DNA of 64,000 nucleotides from Pelagomonas calceolata. Taxonomy: Eukaryota. The notes under the pieces are model-generated. The model was not told where the DNA came from and did not search any database. It worked only from the letters and a program-made list of their open reading frames with translations. The stretch spans positions 3,720,001 to 3,784,000 of the forward strand of contig CAKKNE010000003.1 in the NCBI GenBank assembly GCA_918797485.1, given 5' to 3'. This document shows, piece after piece, positions 54,717 to 64,000 of this stretch. Positions within the stretch are counted from its first letter, which is position 1, and the number at the start of each line of letters is the position of its first letter. The translations under genes and the position numbers were made by a program.

Positions 54717-56837
54717 ATGGCCGAGCAAATCGACCTGCGCTGCGACACCACTCATGAGGACGGCGACGCGCCCGCCGAGAAGCGCGCGCGCGCGTTGACG
54801 GCCGCGGGCTACATCTACGACCCCGGCGAGGGCAAACGCATCCCGCTGGACGCCGACGCGGCGGCGACCGTCACCTTCGGCCGCGCGCTCACGTCGGACG
54901 TGCGCATCGGGCTCACGCACTGCTCGCGCCTCCACGCCGAGCTGCGCGTGGACCAGAATGCGCGCGTGTCGCTGGTCAACCACGCCAAGGCCGCGAACGC
55001 GACGCTCCTGAACGCGCAGCCGCTCGCGCCCAAGGCCGCGTGCGACGTGCGCGACGGCGACGTCTTCGAGATCTGCGGTCGGCGGTTTGTATTTGAGGCG
55101 GCGTCGGCCAAGCGCGCGCGCGTCGATGACGGCGGCGACGACGCGCCGCCGCCGCCGGCCGTCGACGCGGCGCCGCCGCCGGCCGTCGACGCGGCGCCGC
55201 CGCCGGCCGTCGACGTGGCGCCGCCCGCCGCGGCGCCGCGCCCGAAGCGCCGCCGGCCGCGCCGCGCGGTCGACCTCGCCGACGCGGCCGCGGCGCTCGA
55301 CACCGACACGATCAAGGGCTGGATGCGCGACCGCTCGGCCATCGTCGACGTCAAGCGGCCGCGCTACGACGCGGTCGCCGCGGCGCCCGCGGACCCGCTC
55401 GCGCTGCGGCTCGCGCCCTCCGTGGCGCCCGAGCTCGCCGCCGTCGCGGCGCGCCTCCACGGCGGCGACGGCGACTCCGCGCGCGCGGCCCTGCCGGTCA
55501 ACCGCCGCGGCGCTGAAGCGGCGCCGGCGCCGGCGCCGGCGCGCTTCTCGGCGCGCTTCGACGATGACGAAGGCGGCACGGACTCCGTCGACCTCGGGCG
55601 CATCGACGAGCTCGCGCACGCGCGCGCGGCACGGCTGCGCGAGTCGCGGCGGCTGCAGAAGGACGGGAAGGGCTCGCCCGCGACGCCCGCCGTCTGCACG
55701 CCATTCGTCCCGCTAGGCACTGGCTACGAGGACTACGTCGTGTGTGCGGATCATCGCTGTGGCAAGGCCTGTACCCTACGCGACGCCTGCCCTTCGGACG
55801 TCCACGTCATTTATAATGGCCGGTACACGCTGTACGACTGCCTCCAGCTCGACGACGAAGGGAACTACGTGGTGGAGGGCGGGAGGTACAAGTGCGAGTG
55901 CGGCGCTGCGTGGACGACGCGCCACCCGATGAAGGGACACTGCACGAAGTGCGGCGGCTACGAGGAGGGGCTGGCATTAGTGTCGCGGTGCGAGTCGGAG
56001 GGCACGACGCCCCCGCGCTGGATGTACACGCGCGACCGCGCCCAGAAGGCCCTCGCCGCCGCGGAGGAGGAGGAGGCCAAGGCGCAGGCCGACTTCGAGA
56101 CGATGCCGCTCGCGAAGCAGTTGCTGCGCGAGATTCGCGGCGGCGACGGCGGCGGGTTAGTGATAGACGAGGGTTCGTGGAACGAGCCGCGCCAGCCCCC
56201 GCTGTCCTGGGCAGCGTCGGACACGTGCGCGACGTCGGCGTTTGGCGTTGACGCCCCGCTCTTCGCGTGGGCCGCGCCGGCGGCGGAGTGCCCAGTGACC
56301 GCGACGAAGCCTCTGTTTGTCGCTCGGTATGAAGGTGCGCAGCGCGCGTCGCGGTCTCGGCCCACGGAGGAGGCCCCGACGGAGACGCGCATCGTCGAGA
56401 ACGAGGGCGCCACCTTCCACACGGATTACGTGGAGACGCCGAAGACTCTGGACGAGGTGCTTCCTGATGCAGATGTCTCTGCTAGGAACCGCGCCGGCCC
56501 TCGTGTTCAAGCGGAAATGAAGGACGCGGAGAAACAGCGGATCGAAAGATCGAAGAAGGCGAAGGCGGGCGAGTTGGACTACGACGTGCGATGTGCGTCG
56601 GAGCTGAACTCGAAGAAGTACAAGTACGGCTGTCCGAAAAAAAATAAACAGGGGAAGGGCCGCTGCCGCTACTGGCACGCGCCGAACCCCCCCAATGGCA
56701 AGCAGCCGATCTTCATGTGGGACGCGGAGCAGGAGGTGCACGTCGACTACGACGAGTCGAAGTGGGACGAGTTCTGTGAGCGGTGCGCGGCGGCGAAGGC
56801 GGCGGGGGCGGAGTGCGTCTGCAAGACGTGTCCGTAA
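54717..56837 (+). CDS. FHA domain + Rad21-like motif + Cys/His zinc-finger protein
   Basis: VTFGR..SDVRI...CSRLHAEL..NATLLN...VRDGDVFEICGRRFVF (FHA); YKCECG..HCTKC; C-terminal CCCH-like C..CPK..CRYWH. Confidence 0.8.
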   Translation: MAEQIDLRCDTTHEDGDAPAEKRARALTAAGYIYDPGEGKRIPLDADAAATVTFGRALTSDVRIGLTHCSRLHAELRVDQNARVSLVNHAKAANATLLNAQPLAPKAACDVRDGDVFEICGRRFVFEAASAKRARVDDGGDDAPPPPAVDAAPPPAVDAAPPPAVDVAPPAAAPRPKRRRPRRAVDLADAAAALDTDTIKGWMRDRSAIVDVKRPRYDAVAAAPADPLALRLAPSVAPELAAVAARLHGGDGDSARAALPVNRRGAEAAPAPAPARFSARFDDDEGGTDSVDLGRIDELAHARAARLRESRRLQKDGKGSPATPAVCTPFVPLGTGYEDYVVCADHRCGKACTLRDACPSDVHVIYNGRYTLYDCLQLDDEGNYVVEGGRYKCECGAAWTTRHPMKGHCTKCGGYEEGLALVSRCESEGTTPPRWMYTRDRAQKALAAAEEEEAKAQADFETMPLAKQLLREIRGGDGGGLVIDEGSWNEPRQPPLSWAASDTCATSAFGVDAPLFAWAAPAAECPVTATKPLFVARYEGAQRASRSRPTEEAPTETRIVENEGATFHTDYVETPKTLDEVLPDADVSARNRAGPRVQAEMKDAEKQRIERSKKAKAGELDYDVRCASELNSKKYKYGCPKKNKQGKGRCRYWHAPNPPNGKQPIFMWDAEQEVHVDYDESKWDEFCERCAAAKAAGAECVCKTCP
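55140..55226 (+). repeat. Coding 24-bp tandem repeat (DAAPPPAV x ~3.5)
   Basis: GACGCGGCGCCGCCGCCGGCCGTC units. Confidence 0.9.
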
Positions 56838-56997
56838 CCTTAGTTCGCCCCTCTAAGAATACTCTTCGTGTCAGCTAGCTTAATCCATCTCCCGGGCCAT
56901 GTCCTCCGCCGTCGTCACAACTCCCCGCCGTGGAACCATAACTCACGTCCGATGTATGTACGAAGCTCACGGCTGGAGTTAACACAGTATAGTTTAG

Positions 56998-57501
56998 TCA
57001 TGCCTCGAAGGCGACGGCCTTCGCCGGGACGTCGGGCGGAGCCGTCGTCGGGCAGATCGCCGCGGCGCCCGCTTTTGCTACCTCCGCGTCCTCGGTCGGC
57101 AAGACGCCGGAGACGCCGACGGCGCCGACGCAGTAGCCGTCGACGAAGATCGGCTCCCCCCCACCTAGGACCGTGAAGCCCGACGCGATGAGTGCGGGCC
57201 GCTTGTCGTTCGCGGCGCTCTCCAAATCTAGCGTCGGCTTGCGAAATTGCGCCGCCGTCCGCGCCTTCTCCGTGGCGAGCGTGACGGAGGCGGGGAAGGC
57301 GCCGTCCAAGCGTGCTAAACATAAGGGCACGCCGCCGCCGTCGCACACACAGATCGTCACGGGCCAGTCCTCGTCCTTCGCTTTGAGCTCTGCCGCCTCC
57401 AAGACCTTGCCGGCCGCGTAGCGCGTGAGGACTGGCTGGGTTGGGATCACTAGTGCGCTTGCTGTAGCGGCGAGGGCCAGCGCTGCTCTGAGGCGTGCCA
57501 T
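56998..57501 (-). CDS. GlcG/HbpS-like haem-binding protein with signal peptide
   Basis: VTICVCDGGG..RLDGA..LATEKARTA..GGGEPI..GAVGVSG..EDAEVAKAG. Confidence 0.9.
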   Translation of the reverse strand: MARLRAALALAATASALVIPTQPVLTRYAAGKVLEAAELKAKDEDWPVTICVCDGGGVPLCLARLDGAFPASVTLATEKARTAAQFRKPTLDLESAANDKRPALIASGFTVLGGGEPIFVDGYCVGAVGVSGVLPTEDAEVAKAGAAAICPTTAPPDVPAKAVAFEA

Positions 57502-57651
57502 GAGTGCTCTCTCTCGCAGGAGAGGATTTTGGTGTGCGCTGCGTGGCTCAGGCGCAGTTGCTCGCGTCGAAGGCGTCCAGCTGGGGTCTGAGTCGCGGCG
57601 ATGCGTTTGCGCACCGCTGTGCCCCAGAGCAAGGCAGAGCCTGAGAGCTTG

Positions 57652-57673
57652 CTAGTGTCTTACTGACCGCTAG
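57652..57673 (-). promoter_or_regulatory. CTAG-N14-CTAG promoter-associated element
   Basis: Reverse complement CTAGCGGTCAGTAAGACACTAG, 150 bp upstream of the 57501 start. Confidence 0.7.
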
Positions 57674-57758
57674 CGCTCCGAGATAGCTATGAGCACTTGT
57701 TAGATACGCAGGCCGCCGGCCGGAACTTCCGCGGCTGCGGCGGCGCCCGCGTCGTTCC

Positions 57759-59132
57759 TTACGCCGTAGAGTTGTAGGGCGCCGTCGTCATGGTCGTCGT
57801 CGTCGTCATCTCCATAGGCGTCGGCGGCGGGGCGGGGGGGCCTTCGTTGGCCTCCGGGTCTAGAGGAATGGGCTCGATCGGCTCAATGGGCCCGACGTTC
57901 CCCCCGGCCGAGCCCCAGCAGCAGCCCTGGACGCCCGCCGGGATCGGCCGCTCCGGCACGATTTTGGCTTCCTTCCCTCCCACGAACGGGTCGACCGACG
58001 CCTCCTGCCAGACCGACGGGGCCTTCTTTTTCAGGGCGCACGCCCTGATCGCCGCGGTGGCGTCCGCCTTGGTCTTGCCGGCGAACGGACCGGGCAGCGG
58101 CGGCGGCAAGCCGGGTAAGCCGGGGGGCGAGACGGGCGGCGGGGGCGGCGGCGGGCCGGCGAGCCGCCTCTGGACCGCCAGCGCCTGCGCCTCGCCGCTC
58201 ACGGCGATGAGGAAGCTCGCGATGACCTGGGGCATGGGGGGACTGCCCTGCTCGATTTTCAGCAGCTCGACGCGGTCCGGCGACACGTCGGCGAGGCTCG
58301 CCGCGGCGCACTTGAAGACCTCGTCGGCGTTGTCGCCCACGTCGTCGAGTGAAATGCCGTCCGTCCAGAATTGGCTTCCCTGAGAAGTCCCCCTCACGAA
58401 GAAGCAGCGGTCGTCCACCTCCGTTGTAGGCGTCCCGACCGCCGTCGTTTCGACGTCCGCAAACTCTTCATCAACACCAGCTTTGGTAGCGGCCGTGTTC
58501 ACCGCGGTGCTTACGTCCTCAGGCGAGCTGTCTTCGATCAACGTGCTGGCAGATGCAGCCTCGTACTCGGTCTCTACGGCCACGGTGTACTCGACCTTCA
58601 CCGAGCCGGTCTCGCCGTCGTCGAGGCGACGACGACTGAGGTGACGGCGCCGGGCCTGGGAAATCACCACGGATACTGCAGACTCGTCCACTCCGCACAA
58701 TGATGCAACCGCGGCCACGAACACGTCGACGCTAGCCAGCGCTGTCTCGTACGTGATGCCGTCGAAGGCGAGGTCGCCGGTGACGACGTACGCCGAATTT
58801 ACGACGTGGTTTGCGAAGAGGAGGCGGCGGCGGCGCGGCTCCGCGCAGAGCGACACCGGGAGCTCGTTCGAAGGGAACGGCGGGTCATCGGCGACGGTCC
58901 AGCACCCCTCGTAGTACGGCCCCTCGACGGGTTGGGGGGCGTCTTCGCAGTCGCTGTCGCCCACGCAGGGCACGATCTTCAGGCGGTCCAGGGGCACGGT
59001 GAGATCCAGTTGAGCCACTGTTCCGAAGCTTAAGCCGCAGCTTTGTGATAAGCACGTGCATGGGTCGTGGTCCGGCGGCTCCGCCGCGGCCCGCGCGGCG
59101 AGGAGGAGCAGGGCCAGACAGAGGCGCGGCAT
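57759..59132 (-). CDS. Secreted Cys/Pro/Thr-rich protein with RRRL motifs
   Basis: Signal peptide; Cys-rich N-terminal domain; two SEA-like repeats; poly-Pro and poly-Thr tracts. Confidence 0.8.
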   Translation of the reverse strand: MPRLCLALLLLAARAAAEPPDHDPCTCLSQSCGLSFGTVAQLDLTVPLDRLKIVPCVGDSDCEDAPQPVEGPYYEGCWTVADDPPFPSNELPVSLCAEPRRRRLLFANHVVNSAYVVTGDLAFDGITYETALASVDVFVAAVASLCGVDESAVSVVISQARRRHLSRRRLDDGETGSVKVEYTVAVETEYEAASASTLIEDSSPEDVSTAVNTAATKAGVDEEFADVETTAVGTPTTEVDDRCFFVRGTSQGSQFWTDGISLDDVGDNADEVFKCAAASLADVSPDRVELLKIEQGSPPMPQVIASFLIAVSGEAQALAVQRRLAGPPPPPPPVSPPGLPGLPPPLPGPFAGKTKADATAAIRACALKKKAPSVWQEASVDPFVGGKEAKIVPERPIPAGVQGCCWGSAGGNVGPIEPIEPIPLDPEANEGPPAPPPTPMEMTTTTTMTTAPYNSTA

Positions 59133-59546
59133 GGTGACCGTCGGAGGAGTGGAATGACCTGTTAATCTCCTCGGCTGGACCTGCGCGCGGGCGGCCGTCG
59201 CGACGCGTACGAGTGCGACTCGAGGTCGGGCCGCGCTGTCCAGGCTCGAGCCCGCTGGCGGCGTGTCGGCTACAGGTCACGCGCACCGGCGCAACGCGCG
59301 CGCGTCGCGGAGTCGCCGAGCACAGCTGCAACCCCCAAGTTTTTCCAATCTCTGGGAGCGCATCTATCGATCGAACTTTCGCGCACGCGATCTGGAAATA
59401 CGACGAACACTGCTGCGCGCAAGTATGAGCGGTATTTGACGATCAGACAAGGCGGGGCGACCCAAAACCCAGTGGCCTGTGCCGACACAGTCTCAGGGTT
59501 GCTTCGTCTAGGAAGCCGGGAACAGAGTCCATCAAACAAACAACAC

Positions 59547-60863
59547 CTACTCCCCAGACCCAAACGCCGGCCCGACGACCGGCGCCACGCACCGCGCCCA
59601 CATGCCCCCCCACCGCTCCTGAAGACCCGCGCCCGCGCGCAACGTCTGCAAAGCGTCGCCCCGTCCTGAGACCTTGGCGAGCTCGCGCGCCAACGACGCC
59701 GCGTCCTCAAAAAGCACGCCGTTGACGCCATCTTCCACAAGTTCGGAAACGCACGGAAACGCCAATTGTAGCACCGGTAACCCAACTCCGAACATGTCGA
59801 CCACTTTCATCGGCAGGTCCAAGCCTGAAGTCGAGGCATGGAGCGACACGCCGACGTCGGCACAGGCCAACAAACAGCAGTAGTCTTTCGTGGACAGCCA
59901 CGCGGTTGCGACCCTCACATGTCGCAAGTTCAGAGTAGCGTACCGCTCCTCGAAGCGCCTCCGTAACTCGCCCTTGCCCGTCACGATGACGACGAGGCGT
60001 TGTGTGTGCGCCTTGTCGTAGGCGATCAATGCGTCGAGCAAAACGTCGAAGTCTTCGTCCGCGGACCACGACGTCGACGACGCTATTATAGTAGGGCGAT
60101 CCTTCGACGCATCGGCTAATGAACGGCCGCGCCAGAAGGGGTCATTTGAGGAAGAAGGGAAGGCGATTGAACCGATCCTCGCGAGCGCCGCGAGCCTTTC
60201 GCTTTCACTTAGCGACGTGAACATCGAGGGCGGCCGGTCGTGGGCCGCTTCCGCATGAATACCGTAATTTCGGGAGAGCCACGCCTTCAGGGCGTGCGTG
60301 ACGCAGAGGTGCCTATCTAAGAGCCGACCGCTCCGTCGCTCGAGAAAGTCGTAGATCCCCACGGCCACTCTATCAGCAAAAGACAACCTCCCCTTCCTTC
60401 TCAAAGAAGCGTCCGCCAGCACCGTGTGCCCCAGGTTGTGCCAGTCGGCGACCACATGAGCGCCATCTCGTCGCGCGACGAGCCAACATAGAAACAGTGC
60501 TGGTAATGCGGGCGGCGTCTGGCACAGCACCAGGGACGCTCTATGATCTCTTCTAGCTTTGAATAACGCACGGCCTAGAGCGAAACAAAGCGCGAGCAAC
60601 CGATAGACCCTGCCCAGGAAACCCGGGAACCGCCTCAATGGCTCCGCGATGCGCACCTCCCGCACACAAACGTGCCGTACCAACGCGTCAATACAACGCT
60701 CGCCCGCATACCCGACGAGCGTCACGGCCCGCCCTTCCTCCGCCAGTGACAACGCATGATATTGCATTCGTGGACTTCTCCCGACGTCGCCGGCGACGAC
60801 GACGAGGGCGTGGCCGTTTCGTGCGGCGGCTTTTGCGAAGGCGTCTTGTTGCTCGGCGGCCAT
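59547..60863 (-). CDS. ALG1: Chitobiosyldiphosphodolichol beta-1,4-mannosyltransferase
   Basis: GDVGRSPRMQYHA, QTPP, DWHN, SSTSWSADEDF, TGKG, ADVGVSLHASTSGLDLPMKVVDMFG. Confidence 0.96.
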   Translation of the reverse strand: MAAEQQDAFAKAAARNGHALVVVAGDVGRSPRMQYHALSLAEEGRAVTLVGYAGERCIDALVRHVCVREVRIAEPLRRFPGFLGRVYRLLALCFALGRALFKARRDHRASLVLCQTPPALPALFLCWLVARRDGAHVVADWHNLGHTVLADASLRRKGRLSFADRVAVGIYDFLERRSGRLLDRHLCVTHALKAWLSRNYGIHAEAAHDRPPSMFTSLSESERLAALARIGSIAFPSSSNDPFWRGRSLADASKDRPTIIASSTSWSADEDFDVLLDALIAYDKAHTQRLVVIVTGKGELRRRFEERYATLNLRHVRVATAWLSTKDYCCLLACADVGVSLHASTSGLDLPMKVVDMFGVGLPVLQLAFPCVSELVEDGVNGVLFEDAASLARELAKVSGRGDALQTLRAGAGLQERWGGMWARCVAPVVGPAFGSGE

Positions 60864-61060
60864 CGCTGTGATCTATGCGGCACTAGTTTGGACGAAAGTG
60901 GCCGCTGTGCGCAGCGTGCAGTGCTGTCTTTTGCTGCAGCGGCCGTACTCCTAGCTTTTTGCCAACAGCGGCAGCGTGCGTACGGGGTATACTTCCGCGT
61001 ATTATTGGCTCGAATCACGCCCGCGGCGCTCCTTCGCTCGTCGGGCAAAAATAATATTAT

Positions 61061-61082
61061 CTAGCGGCCTGTAACACACTAG
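61061..61082 (+). promoter_or_regulatory. CTAG-N14-CTAG promoter-associated element
   Basis: CTAGCGGCCTGTAACACACTAG, between divergent starts 60863 and 61219. Confidence 0.7.
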
Positions 61083-61218
61083 CAAGCTATACACAGCGCG
61101 CAACGGCAGGCTGTGCTCGCGCGCCCGGGCGCCCTCAGTCGCGGAGGGCACGCCATCGCACGCCTCTCTCCCGCGAGCAGACCTTGGGAGCTGCCCACAC
61201 AGCGGGGCAGCCGTCACC

Positions 61219-61692
61219 ATGCGCCTCCTCTGGCCCCTGCTCTTGACACCAACAAACGCCATGTCCGGCCGCGAAGCGATTGCGTATTGGACGGCAGTAT
61301 ACAAGGGCGAGCCCGTGCCCGAGCTCCACACGGATTACCCCACGCAAAGACGAATCGAACGTAAACTCCAAGCAGTCGATGCCCATCCCGCGAACAAGCC
61401 GCGGGGCGGCGACGACGACCTCGAGGACGACGACGACGGCTTCACGAAGCGGGACGCGTACCGGGCCATGTGGATCTTCTACTGGATTTGTTTCACGGCG
61501 TGGTGCCTCACCGGCGGTCCCGTTTTATTGATCTCGTTGTTCTGGCTCTGGCGGGGCAACGAGCCCTGGGGTTCGAACAACAAGGTCCAGCCCGAGGCTC
61601 CGGCGGCGCCGGCGGGCGGGCCCGCGTCGCCCGACGCGACGACTCGCCGTAGGAGAGGCGTCGACGTCGGCGTGGAGGAGTCGAAGGAGTAA
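61219..61692 (+). CDS. Small membrane protein with signal peptide
   Basis: MRLLWPLLL; Trp-rich hydrophobic segment. Confidence 0.7.
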   Translation: MRLLWPLLLTPTNAMSGREAIAYWTAVYKGEPVPELHTDYPTQRRIERKLQAVDAHPANKPRGGDDDLEDDDDGFTKRDAYRAMWIFYWICFTAWCLTGGPVLLISLFWLWRGNEPWGSNNKVQPEAPAAPAGGPASPDATTRRRRGVDVGVEESKE

Positions 61693-61730
61693 GGGGAGTT
61701 GTGTGACGAGACCCAATGTAGTACTCTCCT

Positions 61731-62471
61731 TTACAACTCCCCCCCCATGGCCGGCACCTGGCCCGCGCCCATCATCTTCTGGAGCTCGGCCATCTGGCGC
61801 TTCATGGCCTCCGGATCAGCTAATGCTTCCATGCCGGGTAATTTCGACAACGCCTCGAGCTGCGCCGGATCGGCGGAACCGTCCCACAGACCCTTCGCGG
61901 CCTCCATCAACGCCCGGCCCTGCTCCGGCCCGCCGGCCAACTGACTCATCATGGCCTCCATCTGCGCTTTAAACGCTTCCGGGTTCTGCTGCGCGAGCTT
62001 CATTTGGGCCCCGAGCTGACTGCCGAACTCCGACCCAACCGCCTTCATGGCGTCCACACCTTGTCTCATCGCTTGCTTGAGCTGCGCCGGGTCGTTGAAA
62101 GCATCCGATTGCAACAACGCTTCGACCTGCTCGGACGCGCCGGGAATGGCATTAATCAGCGGGTTGTTCTTGATCGTCGCCTTCAGCAGTTCCGGATTGG
62201 CGAGCATCTCCTCCATCTCGGGCGAGTCCATCAGGGACTCCCACATGTCGCCCATGCCCGCGAACATGTCCTCGCCGCCCGCGCCGCCCGCGGCGCCCGC
62301 TTGTTGGAGATTCTTCACCATGTCGTTGAGCTTGCTAAAGTCCGTGTCGCCGGCGGCGGGGTCCGCCGCGACGGGGGCATCTTTGTCCTTGTTCTTCCGC
62401 CGGTTCACCCAGGGGTTTTGGGCCGCTGAGAGGCTGGTGAGGGCCAGCACCAACAAGCACCGCCGCGCCAT
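61731..62471 (-). CDS. Signal-peptide protein with STI1/DP-like Met-rich helical repeats
   Basis: MDSPEMEEMLANPELLK, FNDPAQLK, LADPEAMK; C-terminal GGEL. Confidence 0.8.
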   Translation of the reverse strand: MARRCLLVLALTSLSAAQNPWVNRRKNKDKDAPVAADPAAGDTDFSKLNDMVKNLQQAGAAGGAGGEDMFAGMGDMWESLMDSPEMEEMLANPELLKATIKNNPLINAIPGASEQVEALLQSDAFNDPAQLKQAMRQGVDAMKAVGSEFGSQLGAQMKLAQQNPEAFKAQMEAMMSQLAGGPEQGRALMEAAKGLWDGSADPAQLEALSKLPGMEALADPEAMKRQMAELQKMMGAGQVPAMGGEL

Positions 62472-62891
62472 GATGGTTGCTGTCGTCCTCTTGGATTTCG
62501 TGCTGCAACGGACTGCTTTGCACTGCTGCGCAACGCTTTTGTCTTGAGAGTACGCTAGACGGCGGCGATCTCGCTCAATTAGCAAGCTCGTCAATCTCAA
62601 TGCAGCCGCCTCCGCGTGGACGCCGGAGCTGGGTCGCGGCGACGGCGACGGAGCCGTCGCAGCACCTCTCGCCGGCGACCGATCGCGGTCCGCAAGGACG
62701 CCTCGCGTTCGGTCGTCAACGCGCCCGCGGCGGCCGCGGACGCCAGGGCTCGAGCACTGGCCCCACGCCCGACGCTGTCGACGCGACGCGCCGACTAGTC
62801 AGCCCAGACCGACCTGCCAGACGCCGTCATCGAGGCGGCCAGCGGCTCGAGCACTACAACGCCCGCCGCCGGTCGTCGCAACATAAGAAAC

Positions 62892-63920
62892 CTAGAAGCT
62901 TACGCCCCGCGGGTCGTTGTATCTCTTCACAGACTCCCAGAAGTTGCCGGTAGTCCGCAGCGACTCCATCTGGGACGCGTTCGACCGGCGCGACTGGTTG
63001 AACGCTCTAGAAACAGACGTCCGCTCGAGTTCGTAGGCCCGGTTGTATCTTTTCGGGTTCAATACTGAACTTTGATAAAATTTCCCGAAACAGATCTTTT
63101 CCGAGTTGCGCAATCCAGACTCCCGGAACTTCATGTTCGGGTACATGGCTCGCAGCGCGTTCTCCCGGAGTAAATGCGGATTCAGGCTGTAGTGGCAGAG
63201 CCCGTCCGCGTTCCTACCTTTTTCCGCCTTGGCAGCTTCCCGCCCGCGCACCCTATACTGACCATCATCCCCCAATAAATCATCCACAGACTTCAGCCGC
63301 GTGTCCGTGATACCTCTTTGCCTTTTACGCACGACCTCTTCCTTCGACTCCTTCACGCGCAGTAACCAGAGTTCACACCGCCGCAGCCAGTCCAGCCGCA
63401 TCGTCTTGATCTGGAAGGGCGTGTAGTCCTTCTCGCGGATCGACTGGAGCGTCGCGACCGTCTCAGAATCCTTCTTCCGTAAAGAGCGCTGTGTTACGGC
63501 GTCCCGTTGCCGCTTGACGAAGTTCTCCTTGAAGGTCCCTTTCAACGTCCCGGTCGCGAACTCCTTCGCGAGCTGCTTGTAGATCCTCGTTTTTTGTTTA
63601 TCATTGAGCGCGCAGCCCGGTAAGGAGACATCCCGTCGAGGCACGCACAGCGGCCACGTCTGCTTGTGTTCACCGCTCGTAATCGCCGTCCGCAGAAAAT
63701 TCCCCTCCAGCAGCAAGTCCTCGCCCTTCTTTATTAACTCGAAATCGTCGAGTTTTTCGCACTTCTCCCATGCAATCTTTCTCATCAAGAGGTAGTCCGC
63801 CGTCAGGTCGATGCCGTCGCGCAGAAAACCAGCTAAGTACTCTTCTCGGGTCACGCGGCCGTCTCCATCCGCGTCGTACTCGTCGACCACTTCGAGCGTC
63901 GGGGCGTCGCCCCTGCCCAT
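62892..63920 (-). CDS. Protein with N-terminal EF-hand
   Basis: YDADGDGRVTREEY. Confidence 0.75.
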   Translation of the reverse strand: MGRGDAPTLEVVDEYDADGDGRVTREEYLAGFLRDGIDLTADYLLMRKIAWEKCEKLDDFELIKKGEDLLLEGNFLRTAITSGEHKQTWPLCVPRRDVSLPGCALNDKQKTRIYKQLAKEFATGTLKGTFKENFVKRQRDAVTQRSLRKKDSETVATLQSIREKDYTPFQIKTMRLDWLRRCELWLLRVKESKEEVVRKRQRGITDTRLKSVDDLLGDDGQYRVRGREAAKAEKGRNADGLCHYSLNPHLLRENALRAMYPNMKFRESGLRNSEKICFGKFYQSSVLNPKRYNRAYELERTSVSRAFNQSRRSNASQMESLRTTGNFWESVKRYNDPRGVSF

Positions 63921-64000
63921 GGTTGCTTGGTGCTACTGCTGGGGCAGCCCTTTTTGGTGCGGCTGTCGGCGCGGCTCGTTGCAACGCGGTGCCGTTCTAC

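Overview
Gene-dense, GC-rich eukaryotic genomic DNA, most consistent with a pelagophyte alga (Pelagomonas/Aureococcus-like). This assignment is inferred from short GC-AG introns with terminal inverted repeats, a bZIP-PAS factor, signal-peptide-bearing plastid proteins and an expanded RING/MYND-TPR family. About 40 protein-coding genes are present, including eEF3, condensin II CAP-G2, HIT, a GRIP golgin, a TLC/HEAT/cNMP transporter-like protein, p24, MsrB, CRAL-TRIO, JmjC, fibrillin, organellar SerRS, a GlcG-like haem-binding protein and ALG1. Main observations: (1) a 20-23 bp element CTAGCG-N3/4-GTAAGACACTAG occurs 11 times plus degenerate copies, almost always in promoter regions and in either orientation; (2) introner-type DNA transposons (TIR CTGTGTGGAAATC, 8-bp target-site duplication supplying the donor) form at least 5 introns and splice in either orientation; (3) a ~1.9 kb gene-free low-GC island holds a highly diverged, nearly ungapped 290-bp tandem repeat; (4) several orphan proteins have unusual architectures (AP2-like + GIY-YIG-like, FHA + Rad21-like motif + Zn fingers, ankyrin + SUMO-like, GON7-like micro-protein). 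All calls were made by eye without database searches. Intron boundaries were chosen so that spliced lengths are multiples of 3.
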